This document shows positions 18,837 through 27,459 of a stretch of 64,000 nt of DNA, one piece after another. The notes beneath the pieces are model-generated. The model had not been told where the DNA came from, did not search any database, and was given only the letters and a program-made list of their open reading frames with translations. Where the stretch lies: the NCBI GenBank assembly GCA_002778465.1, contig PFBV01000001.1, forward strand, positions 4,150 through 68,149, read 5' to 3'. A program made the position numbers and the translations under genes. The number at the start of each line of letters is the position of its first letter. Within the stretch, counting starts at the first letter, position 1. Source of the stretch: Candidatus Magasanikbacteria bacterium CG10_big_fil_rev_8_21_14_0_10_36_32 (GTDB taxonomy: Bacteria; Patescibacteriota; Patescibacteriia; Magasanikbacterales; GWA2-37-8).

Positions 18837-20306
18837 ATGATAAAGACTCGTTTTGCTCCAAGTCCCACCGGTTATCTACATGTTGGCGGATTACGAACAG
18901 CTTTGTATTCATATTTGGTTGCCAGGCAAACTGGTGGCAAATTTTTATTACGCATTGAAGATACCGACCGTGAAAGATTCGTAGCTGATGGTACAGCTAA
19001 TATTTTAAAATCTCTTTATTGGGCAGGATTGATTCCCGATGAAGGTGTGACTCAAGATGAACAAGGCGCAATAATTCAAACCGGCGATAAGGGTCCTTAC
19101 ATTCAATCGGAGCGTTTAGAAATTTATAGAAAATATGTTGATGAGCTGATTGATAAAGGTTATGCGTATTATTGTTTTTGCTCGCCTGAGAAATTGGAGG
19201 AAATGAGAATGATACAACAGAAAAACAAACTCCCCACAGGTTATGACGGATGTTGCCGTAAAATTGATTGCACAGAAGCTAAAAAACGCGCCTTAAACGG
19301 TGAATCTTGTGTAATTCGCATGAATATGCCAAAAGATGGAGAAACCGTGTTTAATGACGAAATAAGGGGTGAAATTCGCATTAAAAATGAATTAATAGAT
19401 GATCAGGTTATTCTTAAATCAGATGGTTTTCCAACATATCATTTGGCAGTGGTCGTTGACGATTATTTAATGGGAATTACACATATTATCCGTGGCGAAG
19501 AATGGTTGTCGAGCGTGCCCAAACATTTAAAACTTTATGAATATTTCGGTTGGGAAGCTCCAAAGATGGCGCATCTTCCATTATTGTTAAATGCTGATAA
19601 ATCAAAGTTAAGCAAACGGCAAGGGGATGTGGCAGTTGAAGATTATATTAAGAAAGGTTATTTACCGGAAGCGATTTTAAATTTTGTCGCTTTTCTCGGA
19701 TGGAATCCGGGTGATGAGCGTGAAATTTTTAGTTTGGAAGATTTAATCAAAGAATTTAGTTTGGATAAAGTTGGAAAAGCAGGTTCGGTTTTTAATTTAG
19801 AAAAGTTAGATTGGTTTAATCAGCAATATCTGCGCAAATTGCCGGTGGAAGATTTGACTGAAAGAGCTAAGCCGTTTTTTAAACAAGCCGGTGTTGAATT
19901 AAAAGTTGAAGATAAACAGTTGGCTAAAATTATTTCTTTAGAAAGAGAACGAGTGATAACTTTGGCGGAATTGCCCGAAGCGGTAAAATTCGTTTTTGCG
20001 CTGCCGAACTACGAATCAACTTTGCCGGTTTGGAAAAAAAGCGATGCCAATGAAGCTAAAAATATTTTATCAGAATTGAAAGAGATGTTGTATAATTTTA
20101 GTGAACATCAATGGAATATAGAAAATTTGGAAACGACAATAGGGGAGTGGATTAAAGAAAAGGGTTATCAAAACGGCAATGTTCTTTGGCCGCTGCGCGT
20201 TTCTTTATCTGGACAGCAAAATTCTCCCGGTCCATATGAAATTGCCGATGTATTAGGCAAAGAAGAAAGTATTAGAAGGATTGAAACGGCGATAAATAAA
20301 TTTTAA
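18837..20306 (+). CDS. gltX: glutamyl-tRNA synthetase
   Basis: TRFAPSPTGYLHVGG (HIGH region) and KLSKR. ATG at 18837; the track start at 18828 is TTG. Confidence 0.9.
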   Translation: MIKTRFAPSPTGYLHVGGLRTALYSYLVARQTGGKFLLRIEDTDRERFVADGTANILKSLYWAGLIPDEGVTQDEQGAIIQTGDKGPYIQSERLEIYRKYVDELIDKGYAYYCFCSPEKLEEMRMIQQKNKLPTGYDGCCRKIDCTEAKKRALNGESCVIRMNMPKDGETVFNDEIRGEIRIKNELIDDQVILKSDGFPTYHLAVVVDDYLMGITHIIRGEEWLSSVPKHLKLYEYFGWEAPKMAHLPLLLNADKSKLSKRQGDVAVEDYIKKGYLPEAILNFVAFLGWNPGDEREIFSLEDLIKEFSLDKVGKAGSVFNLEKLDWFNQQYLRKLPVEDLTERAKPFFKQAGVELKVEDKQLAKIISLERERVITLAELPEAVKFVFALPNYESTLPVWKKSDANEAKNILSELKEMLYNFSEHQWNIENLETTIGEWIKEKGYQNGNVLWPLRVSLSGQQNSPGPYEIADVLGKEESIRRIETAINKF

Positions 20307-20314
20307 AAATAAAA

Positions 20315-20338
20315 ATCCCGACATAAAGTCGGGATTTT
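20315..20338. terminator. bidirectional terminator between gltX and the convergent membrane-protein gene
   Basis: An atcccgac / gtcgggat stem with a 5-nt loop, an A-run upstream and a T-run downstream. Confidence 0.7.
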
Positions 20339-20352
20339 CAAATTTAAGCAGT

Positions 20353-20913
20353 TTACATTAGGTGTCCAATTAGCAGGATGATAAAAATTCCGGCTGTGTT
20401 TAAAGTATATGACAAAATAGTAAAAAGTTTGGTGGAAATTGACTGTGAAGCGGCTAACAAAGAAACCCCAATTTCATCCGGCAGGGGAGAGGCGATAATA
20501 ATAACCGCTAAAACAGAAGTAAGATATTTTTTTATCAGATAAGGTGTTTTGTTTCTCAATAAAATCATTATTTTTTCTTCAAACAACTTAGCTATTTCAT
20601 CAGCGAAGGAACGGCGAACAAATCGGAAAATCAATGAATCACCGATGGCAGCGCCAACTCCCGCGATAAATCCAATCAGCCAAATATTATATCTGGCTGA
20701 TAATATTAATAATATGGCGACTGCTGGAGCGGCGGTAAATCCATAAACATATAGAATTCCGGCCAAAAGCGCCCCAAAATAACCTAAATACAACAGCGGT
20801 TCCTGAACGGCGGCAGTGACGCTACCCTCCATAAATATAAAGTAAGTGATTATAAAAACAATAATCAGGAGAAAAAATTTGGGATATTTGATTTTTTTTA
20901 AAATGTTATTCAT
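20353..20913 (-). CDS. polytopic membrane protein (possibly DedA/VTT-like)
   Basis: ~5 TM segments. The family guess is weak. Confidence 0.4.
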   Translation of the reverse strand: MNNILKKIKYPKFFLLIIVFIITYFIFMEGSVTAAVQEPLLYLGYFGALLAGILYVYGFTAAPAVAILLILSARYNIWLIGFIAGVGAAIGDSLIFRFVRRSFADEIAKLFEEKIMILLRNKTPYLIKKYLTSVLAVIIIASPLPDEIGVSLLAASQSISTKLFTILSYTLNTAGIFIILLIGHLM

Positions 20914-20917
20914 TTAA

Positions 20918-21421
20918 TTATTCTTTAGGTAATCCGTGTAAAGCTAAGTTATGATTTTGATATTTGTCATCATCGGTTTTCTCTTCCCCGAACCAATCAG
21001 GCGGAATAAATTTATCACAATCTTCCACATTGTTAAATTCCACTTCTGCCGTAACCAGTCCGTCCAAATCCCCACGATAAATATCTAATTCAATTATTCC
21101 GCTTTCGTTCGGAATTTCATAGCGTGTTTTTTCAATTCTTTTTCCTTTTGTATTGTCCCAAAGTGAATTGAAAACTTTTTCGGTAATTTCTTCTTCTATC
21201 TCAGTTCTGACTTTTCCACTGCCACTTTTTATTGTTTTAAAATATTTTTCTCCTTTTTTGCGCAATCTGATTTTTTCTTTATTTTCATCTATTGTTAAAT
21301 AACCTTGCATAATTTCTTTGTGAGGATATTGCTCAATATTATTCGGTAACGATTTAATTATAAATTTTCTTTCAATTTCTTGATTCGGCGCTTTTTCGGG
21401 AATTGTACTCAGTCTTTCCAT
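20918..21421 (-). CDS. CYTH-domain protein (triphosphate tunnel metalloenzyme, CyaB/ThTPase-like)
   Basis: The N-terminal EIERKFII signature (ExExK of CYTH) and 167 aa. Confidence 0.6.
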   Translation of the reverse strand: MERLSTIPEKAPNQEIERKFIIKSLPNNIEQYPHKEIMQGYLTIDENKEKIRLRKKGEKYFKTIKSGSGKVRTEIEEEITEKVFNSLWDNTKGKRIEKTRYEIPNESGIIELDIYRGDLDGLVTAEVEFNNVEDCDKFIPPDWFGEEKTDDDKYQNHNLALHGLPKE

Positions 21422-21486
21422 ATTATTTAAATATTATTAACAGTTAAAATATACCAAAAAAACCGGCGGAAAGCAAGCAAAATTAA

Positions 21487-21518
21487 ATAAAAAAGCGCAA
21501 GGCTTCAAAGTCTGCGCT
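21487..21518 (-). terminator. terminator downstream of Cys-rich gene 1
   Basis: A 6-bp stem (agcgca / tgcgct) is followed by T6 on the minus strand. It lies 16 nt after the stop. Confidence 0.45.
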
Positions 21519-21533
21519 AAAAAAGAACAATGC

Positions 21534-21737
21534 TCAATGGCTGAGAATATCAATTAAAAGATCGAAAGAACTTTTTTTGCCGTGTACGTGGCAATCAGAA
21601 TTGGGAATGGGATTTAAATTATGAACGGGACATGAATTGCTGGTGTGCCACACTCCGGTTAGCCCAACATAATTGTCGGGTGGTGGATTGGGGCAATTGC
21701 ACCTCTTGGGGCAAGTACACCTGCCTTTTGTTGTCAT
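21534..21737 (-). CDS. small Cys-rich protein, paralog 1 (67 aa)
   Basis: A strong SD (AAGGAG, 8 nt upstream). It shares the CTCPKxCxCxNPPPDN...SN.CP.HNL.P.P...C.VHGK signature with the ORF at 21885..22079. Confidence 0.6.
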   Translation of the reverse strand: MTTKGRCTCPKRCNCPNPPPDNYVGLTGVWHTSNSCPVHNLNPIPNSDCHVHGKKSSFDLLIDILSH

Positions 21738-21840
21738 TTTCCAACTCCTTTTGTTTTTTTGATTGACATAATGTTATCACAAATCAAAATAATCAACAAG
21801 GGGATAACTACCATACGTTAAAATATTTATAAACATAATT

Positions 21841-21869
21841 AAAAAAAGCGAGGATATTAATATCCTCGC
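21841..21869 (-). terminator. terminator downstream of Cys-rich gene 2
   Basis: A perfect 22-nt palindrome (gcgaggatatt / aatatcctcgc) followed by T7 on the minus strand. Confidence 0.6.
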
Positions 21870-21884
21870 AGAAAAAGAAATTTG

Positions 21885-22079
21885 TCAGATAACCAAGTTG
21901 AATTCCAGACAATCCATTTTGCCGTGTACGGGGCAGTTTGGGTCTGGATCGGGATACAAGTTGTGAGTAGGACATTGGTTGCTGACTCCCCAAATCCCAG
22001 TGTATTCAACCGGATTATCTGGCGGTGGGTTTTGGCAGTCACATGTTTTCGGACAAGTGCATTGTTCATTTGATGACAT
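21885..22079 (-). CDS. small Cys-rich protein, paralog 2 (64 aa)
   Basis: A strong SD (AAGGAGGG). It is ~55% identical to paralog 1, with six invariant Cys and two invariant His. Confidence 0.6.
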   Translation of the reverse strand: MSSNEQCTCPKTCDCQNPPPDNPVEYTGIWGVSNQCPTHNLYPDPDPNCPVHGKMDCLEFNLVI

Positions 22080-22126
22080 TTTGAAACCCTCCTTGGTTAG
22101 TTTGAACGCATATTAGCATAAAGTTT

Positions 22127-22155
22127 TTGGAAAGTCAAGATGATTGTGATATAAT
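22127..22155 (+). promoter_or_regulatory. promoter TTGGAA-17-TATAAT; leaderless M23 peptidase mRNA
   Basis: The -10 TATAAT ends 6 nt before the ATG at 22162. Confidence 0.4.
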
Positions 22156-22161
22156 ATCTTT

Positions 22162-23409
22162 ATGCATAGAAAAATATCTAAAATTATTATTTTCTTATTT
22201 TTTGTCATTTTTGCCGTCGTAATTGCCAGGCCTAATTTTGTAATTGCTCAAACTGGTGAAATCGGCGGCACCAAAGAAGATATAGATGATTTAAATAAAC
22301 AAATTTCCGAAAAAAAAGACAAGATTAAGCAGTTGGAAGAAACAATGGGTAAATATCAAAAAAATATTGAGCAGAAAAGAGTGGAAGCTGTTTCATTAAA
22401 AAATCAGCTGAGTATTATTGATAACAAGATTGCAAAAACCGAAGTTGATATTAAAGTAACTAAAGAAAAAATTGATCAAGCACAGTTAGAAATTGAAGCT
22501 TTAACATTGACCATAGGTGAAAAGGAAAAAATATTAAATCGGCAAAAAGCGATTGTGTCCACCATTGTCAGAAATATTCATGCTGAAGATCAGAAAAATT
22601 ATATGGAAATTTTACTGACTAATGATAGTTTTGCCGATTTTTATAATCAAGTTAAATATTTGGAAAATGTTTACACTGATTTAGGTCGTTCAGTCAAAAA
22701 AATGCGTGTAGCAAAAGAAGATTTGGTGGATAAAAAAACACAAGTGGCCAGTAGAAAAAAAATCTATGAAGATTTAAAAGTTGAATTGGATAATAAGAGG
22801 CAAGATTATTTAGACAATGCCAACAATAAACAAAGTTTATTGGTTAAAACACATTCGTCGGAATTACAATACCGCACTTTGTTGGAAAGTTTAAAAAAAC
22901 AGTATCAAGTTATTGAAGGTGAAGTGCGAACTTATGAAGAACAGGTGCGAGTTAAATTGGCGGAAATGGATAAATTTAATAATTTGGGTAGTGTTGGCAA
23001 TATGAGTTGGCCAGTTTATAGCCGTTACATAACTTCAATTTTTCACGATCCGGATTATCCTTATCGTCGGGTGTTTGAACATAGCGGAATTGATATTCGA
23101 GCGGCGCAAGGAACGCCTATTAAGGCGGCGGCGGCTGGTTATGTCGCCCGTGCCAAAAGATGTTCAACGGCTAGTTGTTATAGTTATGTTTTGTTGGTTC
23201 ACACCGGCGGAGTTTCCACTCTTTACGGTCATATGAGCGGAATTGAAGTTACAGAAGATCAATTTGTTGCTCGTGGAGATATTATTGGTTATTCCGGCGG
23301 AACTCCCGGCACAGTTGGCGCTGGTCCGTTTGTCACCGGTCCGCACTTACATTTTGAAACTCGTCTAAACGGAATCCCTGTTAATCCGATGAATTATTTA
23401 ATATTATAA
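22162..23409 (+). CDS. M23-family metallopeptidase with N-terminal coiled coil (EnvC-like murein hydrolase activator)
   Basis: The C-terminal LytM domain has HSGIDI, LYGHMS and GPHLHFE motifs. There is a signal peptide and a long coiled coil. Confidence 0.8.
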   Translation: MHRKISKIIIFLFFVIFAVVIARPNFVIAQTGEIGGTKEDIDDLNKQISEKKDKIKQLEETMGKYQKNIEQKRVEAVSLKNQLSIIDNKIAKTEVDIKVTKEKIDQAQLEIEALTLTIGEKEKILNRQKAIVSTIVRNIHAEDQKNYMEILLTNDSFADFYNQVKYLENVYTDLGRSVKKMRVAKEDLVDKKTQVASRKKIYEDLKVELDNKRQDYLDNANNKQSLLVKTHSSELQYRTLLESLKKQYQVIEGEVRTYEEQVRVKLAEMDKFNNLGSVGNMSWPVYSRYITSIFHDPDYPYRRVFEHSGIDIRAAQGTPIKAAAAGYVARAKRCSTASCYSYVLLVHTGGVSTLYGHMSGIEVTEDQFVARGDIIGYSGGTPGTVGAGPFVTGPHLHFETRLNGIPVNPMNYLIL

Positions 23410-23450
23410 AAAAACCGCCCGTAAAATACGAGCGGCTGGTAAGAAAAGAG

Positions 23451-24173
23451 CTAGAAAGTTCCGGTTAGGGTGAAACCTAATGGCGCACTGTCTGATGTCG
23501 GTACTAGGATGAAATGATGCCGACTTCCGTTTTTAGCAGTATGGCCAAAGAAAATGATTTGGCCGTGGTAGATCATTCTCCATCCGGCCAAAAATATTAG
23601 AATGTTGCCAACAATCGGAAGCGCGTTACGCGGAAGATTTAAAGCTCGACGCAGCCGATTGTAGTCGCTTTCAGAATTTTGACTGTACAAGTTCATTGCA
23701 AAATCAATCAGCGGACAAGCCATTCCGCCAAAAAAGATGAATGTTTGCGTCCAGGGATTTTGTATAGCCGCGTAGCTAAGAAGTAAATCGGCTGACACAA
23801 ATAGGGCTATATCATTTATCATCGGGGCGGCTGAACGAAGAGCTGCTTGAGTTCTCGTCATTGAATCATTATCTATCCAAGTGATTTCTCCGAAGGCAAG
23901 TTGCTTGTGTCCGGAGATAACACGGGTATAGTGAGGGTATGGCTTGAAATTGTCGATTTTAACGCCGGATGCGGCGAGAACTAACGCGTGACTACCTTCA
24001 TGAAGAGTGGTCATCCAGAGGAAATAGACCGGGATTAACGAAGCGTGCACTGTCAGAATTTCCGCGGGGGCAAGTTGATTGGCGGCAATCGGACGGACAT
24101 TGTCGTCGGCCGAAATCGGAGTTACCATTAACAGAATTGAACAAATTGTTAAAAGAACAAATATATTTTTCAT
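23451..24173 (-). CDS. secreted/membrane HExxH protein (putative zincin-like), GC-rich gene
   Basis: A signal peptide, a TLHEGSHA (HExxH) motif and hydrophobic segments. An SD (AAGGAG) is present. Its GC content is clearly above that of its neighbours. Confidence 0.45.
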   Translation of the reverse strand: MKNIFVLLTICSILLMVTPISADDNVRPIAANQLAPAEILTVHASLIPVYFLWMTTLHEGSHALVLAASGVKIDNFKPYPHYTRVISGHKQLAFGEITWIDNDSMTRTQAALRSAAPMINDIALFVSADLLLSYAAIQNPWTQTFIFFGGMACPLIDFAMNLYSQNSESDYNRLRRALNLPRNALPIVGNILIFLAGWRMIYHGQIIFFGHTAKNGSRHHFILVPTSDSAPLGFTLTGTF

Positions 24174-24259
24174 TTTTTAGCTCCTTGTTTGAAGGAGAAC
24201 GACTTAATATAGCATATTTTCGCTTATTTGTCAAGAAAAGCGAAATCTATCAATTTATT

Positions 24260-25225
24260 ATGAAAAAAACAATTGTCGCAATAATGGGAGGTTATTCAAA
24301 AGAGCGGGAAGTTTCATTGGTAACCGGTCGGGCGATTTGTAAAAATTTAGATAAGACAAAATATAAAGTAATTCCTTTAGATTGGGGGAAAGACGGAAAA
24401 TTTTATCTTTGTAAAAACGGTCGCAAACAGTTTGATTTATTTGGCAACAGAAAAAAAATAGATAAAGTTTTTATCGCGTTGCATGGAACTGGGGGAGAGG
24501 ATGGCTGTATTCAAGGACTTTTGGAATGTTTTGGTATTTCCTATACAGGTTCTGATGTTGTATCCAGCGCGGTGGCGATGAATAAAGTTTTGTCCGCCGG
24601 AGTTTATCGTCGAATGGGTATTTTAACTCCTGATTTTATTGATTTTAAAAAAGGGGAGTGGTTAAAAGAAAAGAAAAAAATAATCGGGTTGATTAAAAAG
24701 AAAATTGGTTTTCCGCTGGTAATTAAACCGGTTGATCAGGGTTCCAGTGTTGGCGTTTACATTATTAGAAAAGAAAAAGAACTGATTCCGGCGATTAAAA
24801 AATCGTTTCAGACTTCAAACTGGCTGATGGCGCAAAAATTTGTAAAAGGTGAAGAGGCGACTTGCGGAGTGTTGGAAAAGAATGGAAAAGCATTTGCTTT
24901 GCCCCCGACAAGAATTGTGGCGAATGCCGGTAAATTTTATGATTATAAATCAAAATATAAAACCGGCGGTTCAACACATATTTGTCCGGCGGATTTCAAA
25001 CCGGCGATAAATAAGAAAATTCAGGATTTGGCGGTTCGGTCGCATCGCGGTTTTGATTGTTGCGGAATGTCCAGGACAGATTTTTTTGTCACGCCAAAAA
25101 ATAAAATTTATGCTATTGAAATAAACACTATTCCCGGCATGACGCCGATGTCATTATTGCCTGAAGCGGCGGGAAAAATGGGAGTTTCATTTTCTAAAAT
25201 GCTAGATTTAATTATAATGAGTTGA
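24260..25225 (+). CDS. ddl: D-alanine--D-alanine ligase
   Basis: MKKTIVAIMGGYSKEREVSLVTG... is an ATP-grasp Ddl. The track ORF start at 23969 is an antisense-overlap artefact; ATG at 24260. Confidence 0.85.
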   Translation: MKKTIVAIMGGYSKEREVSLVTGRAICKNLDKTKYKVIPLDWGKDGKFYLCKNGRKQFDLFGNRKKIDKVFIALHGTGGEDGCIQGLLECFGISYTGSDVVSSAVAMNKVLSAGVYRRMGILTPDFIDFKKGEWLKEKKKIIGLIKKKIGFPLVIKPVDQGSSVGVYIIRKEKELIPAIKKSFQTSNWLMAQKFVKGEEATCGVLEKNGKAFALPPTRIVANAGKFYDYKSKYKTGGSTHICPADFKPAINKKIQDLAVRSHRGFDCCGMSRTDFFVTPKNKIYAIEINTIPGMTPMSLLPEAAGKMGVSFSKMLDLIIMS

Positions 25226-25254
25226 AATTTAAAAAAAACAAAAAACGGTGTATT

Positions 25255-25465
25255 TTTTCCACCTTTTGAGCCGGCAAAAGGTGGAGGAAAACCGGCCGAG
25301 CCGATGTCCTTCTCTGGTACTGCCAATCGGTTCAGTATCGCTTTTGTTCAGAACTCGCCCTCGCCAAAAAGCGGGATACTCAAACAGCTGAACAAATCCT
25401 AAAAAGAACACTCAACTTCGCCGTGGCCAGATACCATCGTCGGCCATGTGCTCGGGGGACCAAAC
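25255..25465. ncRNA. candidate structured ncRNA (GC-rich island, identity unresolved)
   Basis: ~210 nt at a much higher GC content than its flanks, with no credible ORF. It has a perfect 9-bp hairpin at 25259-25284 whose loop can pair downstream, giving a pseudoknot-like fold. It has further long imperfect helices and a ctcgcc direct repeat. Confidence 0.3.
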
Positions 25466-25470
25466 GGTAA

Positions 25471-25531
25471 TTGAGTAATTAAAAATTAAGAAATTATTTA
25501 AAAATTACAAAATTAAAAATTAAAAATTCTT
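25471..25531. repeat. A-tract-rich intergenic element, copy 1 (attaagaaattattta-aaaatta-repeats-aaaattct)
   Basis: A near-identical ~45-nt string recurs at 32119-32170. Confidence 0.35.
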
Positions 25532-25532
25532 T

Positions 25533-26078
25533 ATGGTACCTGGTCTAATTGAAAAAGCAGTCCGATTAGCCACTTTGGCTCATGCCGGACAAAAACGCAA
25601 AGGGGATAATTTGCCCTACATAATTCATCCGATGATGGTGGCTTTGAAATTGGCAAAATACGGCGCGTCAGATGAAGTTATCGCCGCGGCTTTAACACAC
25701 GATGTTTTGGAAGATACGGATGTTCCGGTGGAAAAGCTGAAAGAGGAATTGGGCGAGGAAGTTTTGACAATAGTTCAGGCGGTATCAAATGATGATTCCT
25801 TGGGCTGGCTGGAAAAGAAGAAACATTACATTGAGACTGTCAAAAACGGTCCCGCCGGCGCCAAAGCCGTCGCCCTAGCGGATAAAATTCATAATTTGGA
25901 GAGTATTTTAATCGCTTATTCGGAGCAAGGGAAGGATGTTTGGAAAAAGTTTAATGGCACGAAAGAACAAAAGATTTGGTTTGAAACTGAAATGTTAAAT
26001 ATGCTAAAAAGCACATTTGAACACCCACTCATCGCTGAATACGAGCGGTTGATAGGGGAGGAAGGGAAATTAGATTAA
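25533..26078 (+). CDS. HD-domain phosphohydrolase (SpoT/Mesh1-like small alarmone hydrolase)
   Basis: The YIIHPMMVALKL...AALTHDVLEDT H..HD signature matches the RelA/SpoT hydrolase domain. Confidence 0.7.
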   Translation: MVPGLIEKAVRLATLAHAGQKRKGDNLPYIIHPMMVALKLAKYGASDEVIAAALTHDVLEDTDVPVEKLKEELGEEVLTIVQAVSNDDSLGWLEKKKHYIETVKNGPAGAKAVALADKIHNLESILIAYSEQGKDVWKKFNGTKEQKIWFETEMLNMLKSTFEHPLIAEYERLIGEEGKLD

Positions 26079-26093
26079 TATTTATTTAAATAT

Positions 26094-26486
26094 ATGTATA
26101 GAGTAACCCAACAAGTGACTAATTTATATAATGCCTTAATTAATCGAGGAATTAAATGTAAATTAGAGGATGATTCAGATGGACACAAAACTGTGGATAT
26201 TTCAATTCCTGCGTCAAAGATAAATATTGAAGTGGATGGACTGCAACACTATATTGATCCGGAACAGATTAAAGCCGACTTTAAAAGAAGTTATTGGTCT
26301 ATTGAAAATGATGATTATGACACTTTTCATGTGTCAAATATTGTTATTGATAATCATTTAGAACAAGTGGCGGATGCCCTTGCAATTGTCGCTCGGTCAC
26401 ACTATAATGCAATTAAAGAAGAGGAGAAAGAAGAGAATGATTCAGTGGGAATTTGGAATTGGATAAAAAATTTGTTTGAAAAATAA
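26094..26486 (+). CDS. DUF559/Vsr-like PD-(D/E)xK endonuclease-fold protein
   Basis: GIKCKLE...VDISIPASKINIEVDGLQH...DFKRSYWSIENDDYDTFHVSNIVI matches the DUF559 pattern G.KFRRQ..VDF...KLIIEVDG.QH...D..R...L...G..V.R..N. Confidence 0.55.
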   Translation: MYRVTQQVTNLYNALINRGIKCKLEDDSDGHKTVDISIPASKINIEVDGLQHYIDPEQIKADFKRSYWSIENDDYDTFHVSNIVIDNHLEQVADALAIVARSHYNAIKEEEKEENDSVGIWNWIKNLFEK

Positions 26487-26487
26487 T

Positions 26488-26697
26488 ATGAAAAATTTTA
26501 TAAAAGAAAACTGGTTTAAGTTATTTATTGTTTTGGTTATAATTGTTATTGTTGGAGTATATTCTTATCAAACAATCAAACCCAAAACAAACCAAGATAA
26601 AGTAAACGACTGTCTAAAATTAAGTAGTGATTTTGGAGCCGAGATGTGCTTAGAATTACTTTTAAAACAAGAGGTAAAACAACAAATAGAACAATAA
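26488..26697 (+). CDS. small single-pass membrane protein
   Basis: The ATG lies 2 nt after the upstream stop and is followed by an N-terminal TM helix (FKLFIVLVIIVIVGVYSY). Confidence 0.4.
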   Translation: MKNFIKENWFKLFIVLVIIVIVGVYSYQTIKPKTNQDKVNDCLKLSSDFGAEMCLELLLKQEVKQQIEQ

Positions 26698-26704
26698 AAT
26701 TTGA

Positions 26705-27445
26705 ATGAATATGAATAAATTTGATAAAATTAAAAATTCTGTTTTACCAATTGTAAATAATTTTTCTCCCGCATTAGTAAGTAGTTTGAGTGCACTGAGT
26801 CTAATTAATCCGGGGTTTTTACCATTAATTTCTTTGGCACAGTCAATTTTGGGATATTGGGGAGATTACGCTAACAACAAAACGCAGGATTTAATACAAG
26901 ATTTTATAGATAATAAAGAAAATATTATTGGAGATGTTGTTGCAACTGATAAATTTAAAGCAAATTTTTTAAAAATTATTAGTGATAACATAACAGAAAG
27001 TAATGAAGAAAAAAGACAGTATTTAAAAAATTATATTGTGAATTTCGCCTGTGGTGTAGATCCTGATTTTAATGAACATTCAAAATTAATTTATACGCTT
27101 AACAATATTACTTTAGAAGAAATGGAAATGTTAAAGTTGTGGAATGATGATGGTGCCATTGAAAAACAGTATAGAATGGTGGGGGATAGTCCTGATAGAA
27201 ATATAAGGAACAATACTCTTGATATTAATGCGATTGAAAATATTATACACACTCAAAAACCTCAACTGAAGATATTAAAGATTGAAAGACAAAATCAATC
27301 AAAAAATAATCAGATATTATTAACACTTGGTTACAAAGGACTATTATATGTTTTGGGAGCGGACAATTTTGGATCAGGTGTGGAAGCAAGAACCAAAGGG
27401 CTGACTGATTTTGGAAAAATATTTTTAAAGTTTATAAAAAAATAA
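26705..27445 (+). CDS. hypothetical protein (246 aa), operon member
   Basis: Tightly packed in a same-strand 5-gene cluster. No family recognised. Confidence 0.45.
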   Translation: MNMNKFDKIKNSVLPIVNNFSPALVSSLSALSLINPGFLPLISLAQSILGYWGDYANNKTQDLIQDFIDNKENIIGDVVATDKFKANFLKIISDNITESNEEKRQYLKNYIVNFACGVDPDFNEHSKLIYTLNNITLEEMEMLKLWNDDGAIEKQYRMVGDSPDRNIRNNTLDINAIENIIHTQKPQLKILKIERQNQSKNNQILLTLGYKGLLYVLGADNFGSGVEARTKGLTDFGKIFLKFIKK

Positions 27446-27459
27446 AATTATTATCTTTT

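Noticed and set aside
21808-22073. Three overlapping ORFs around the second Cys-rich gene (21808..21993, 21857..22069, 21882..22073).
   Set aside because: Only the 21885..22079 frame carries the motif shared with its paralog and a strong SD. The others are frame shadows.
23969-24259. The track extends the ddl ORF upstream to 23969 (MRRELTRDYLHEEW...).
   Set aside because: The upstream part is antisense to the HExxH gene and does not look like protein. The canonical Ddl N-terminus MKKTIVAIMGGYS begins at the in-frame ATG at 24260.
25108-25411. Minus-strand ORFs across the GC-rich island (25108..25326, 25229..25411).
   Set aside because: No SD, low-complexity peptides, and overlap with the ddl 3' end. 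The region is better explained as structured RNA or a remnant.
25255-25465. Specific identification of the GC island as RNase P RNA, tmRNA, SRP or 6S RNA.
   Set aside because: An AGGAAA-CCGG stretch after a P3-like hairpin resembles RNase P, but the region is too short and I could not find a matching P4 3' strand, CR-II/III motifs, a tRNA-like end or the SRP GGAA/AGCAGC motifs. It is left unnamed.
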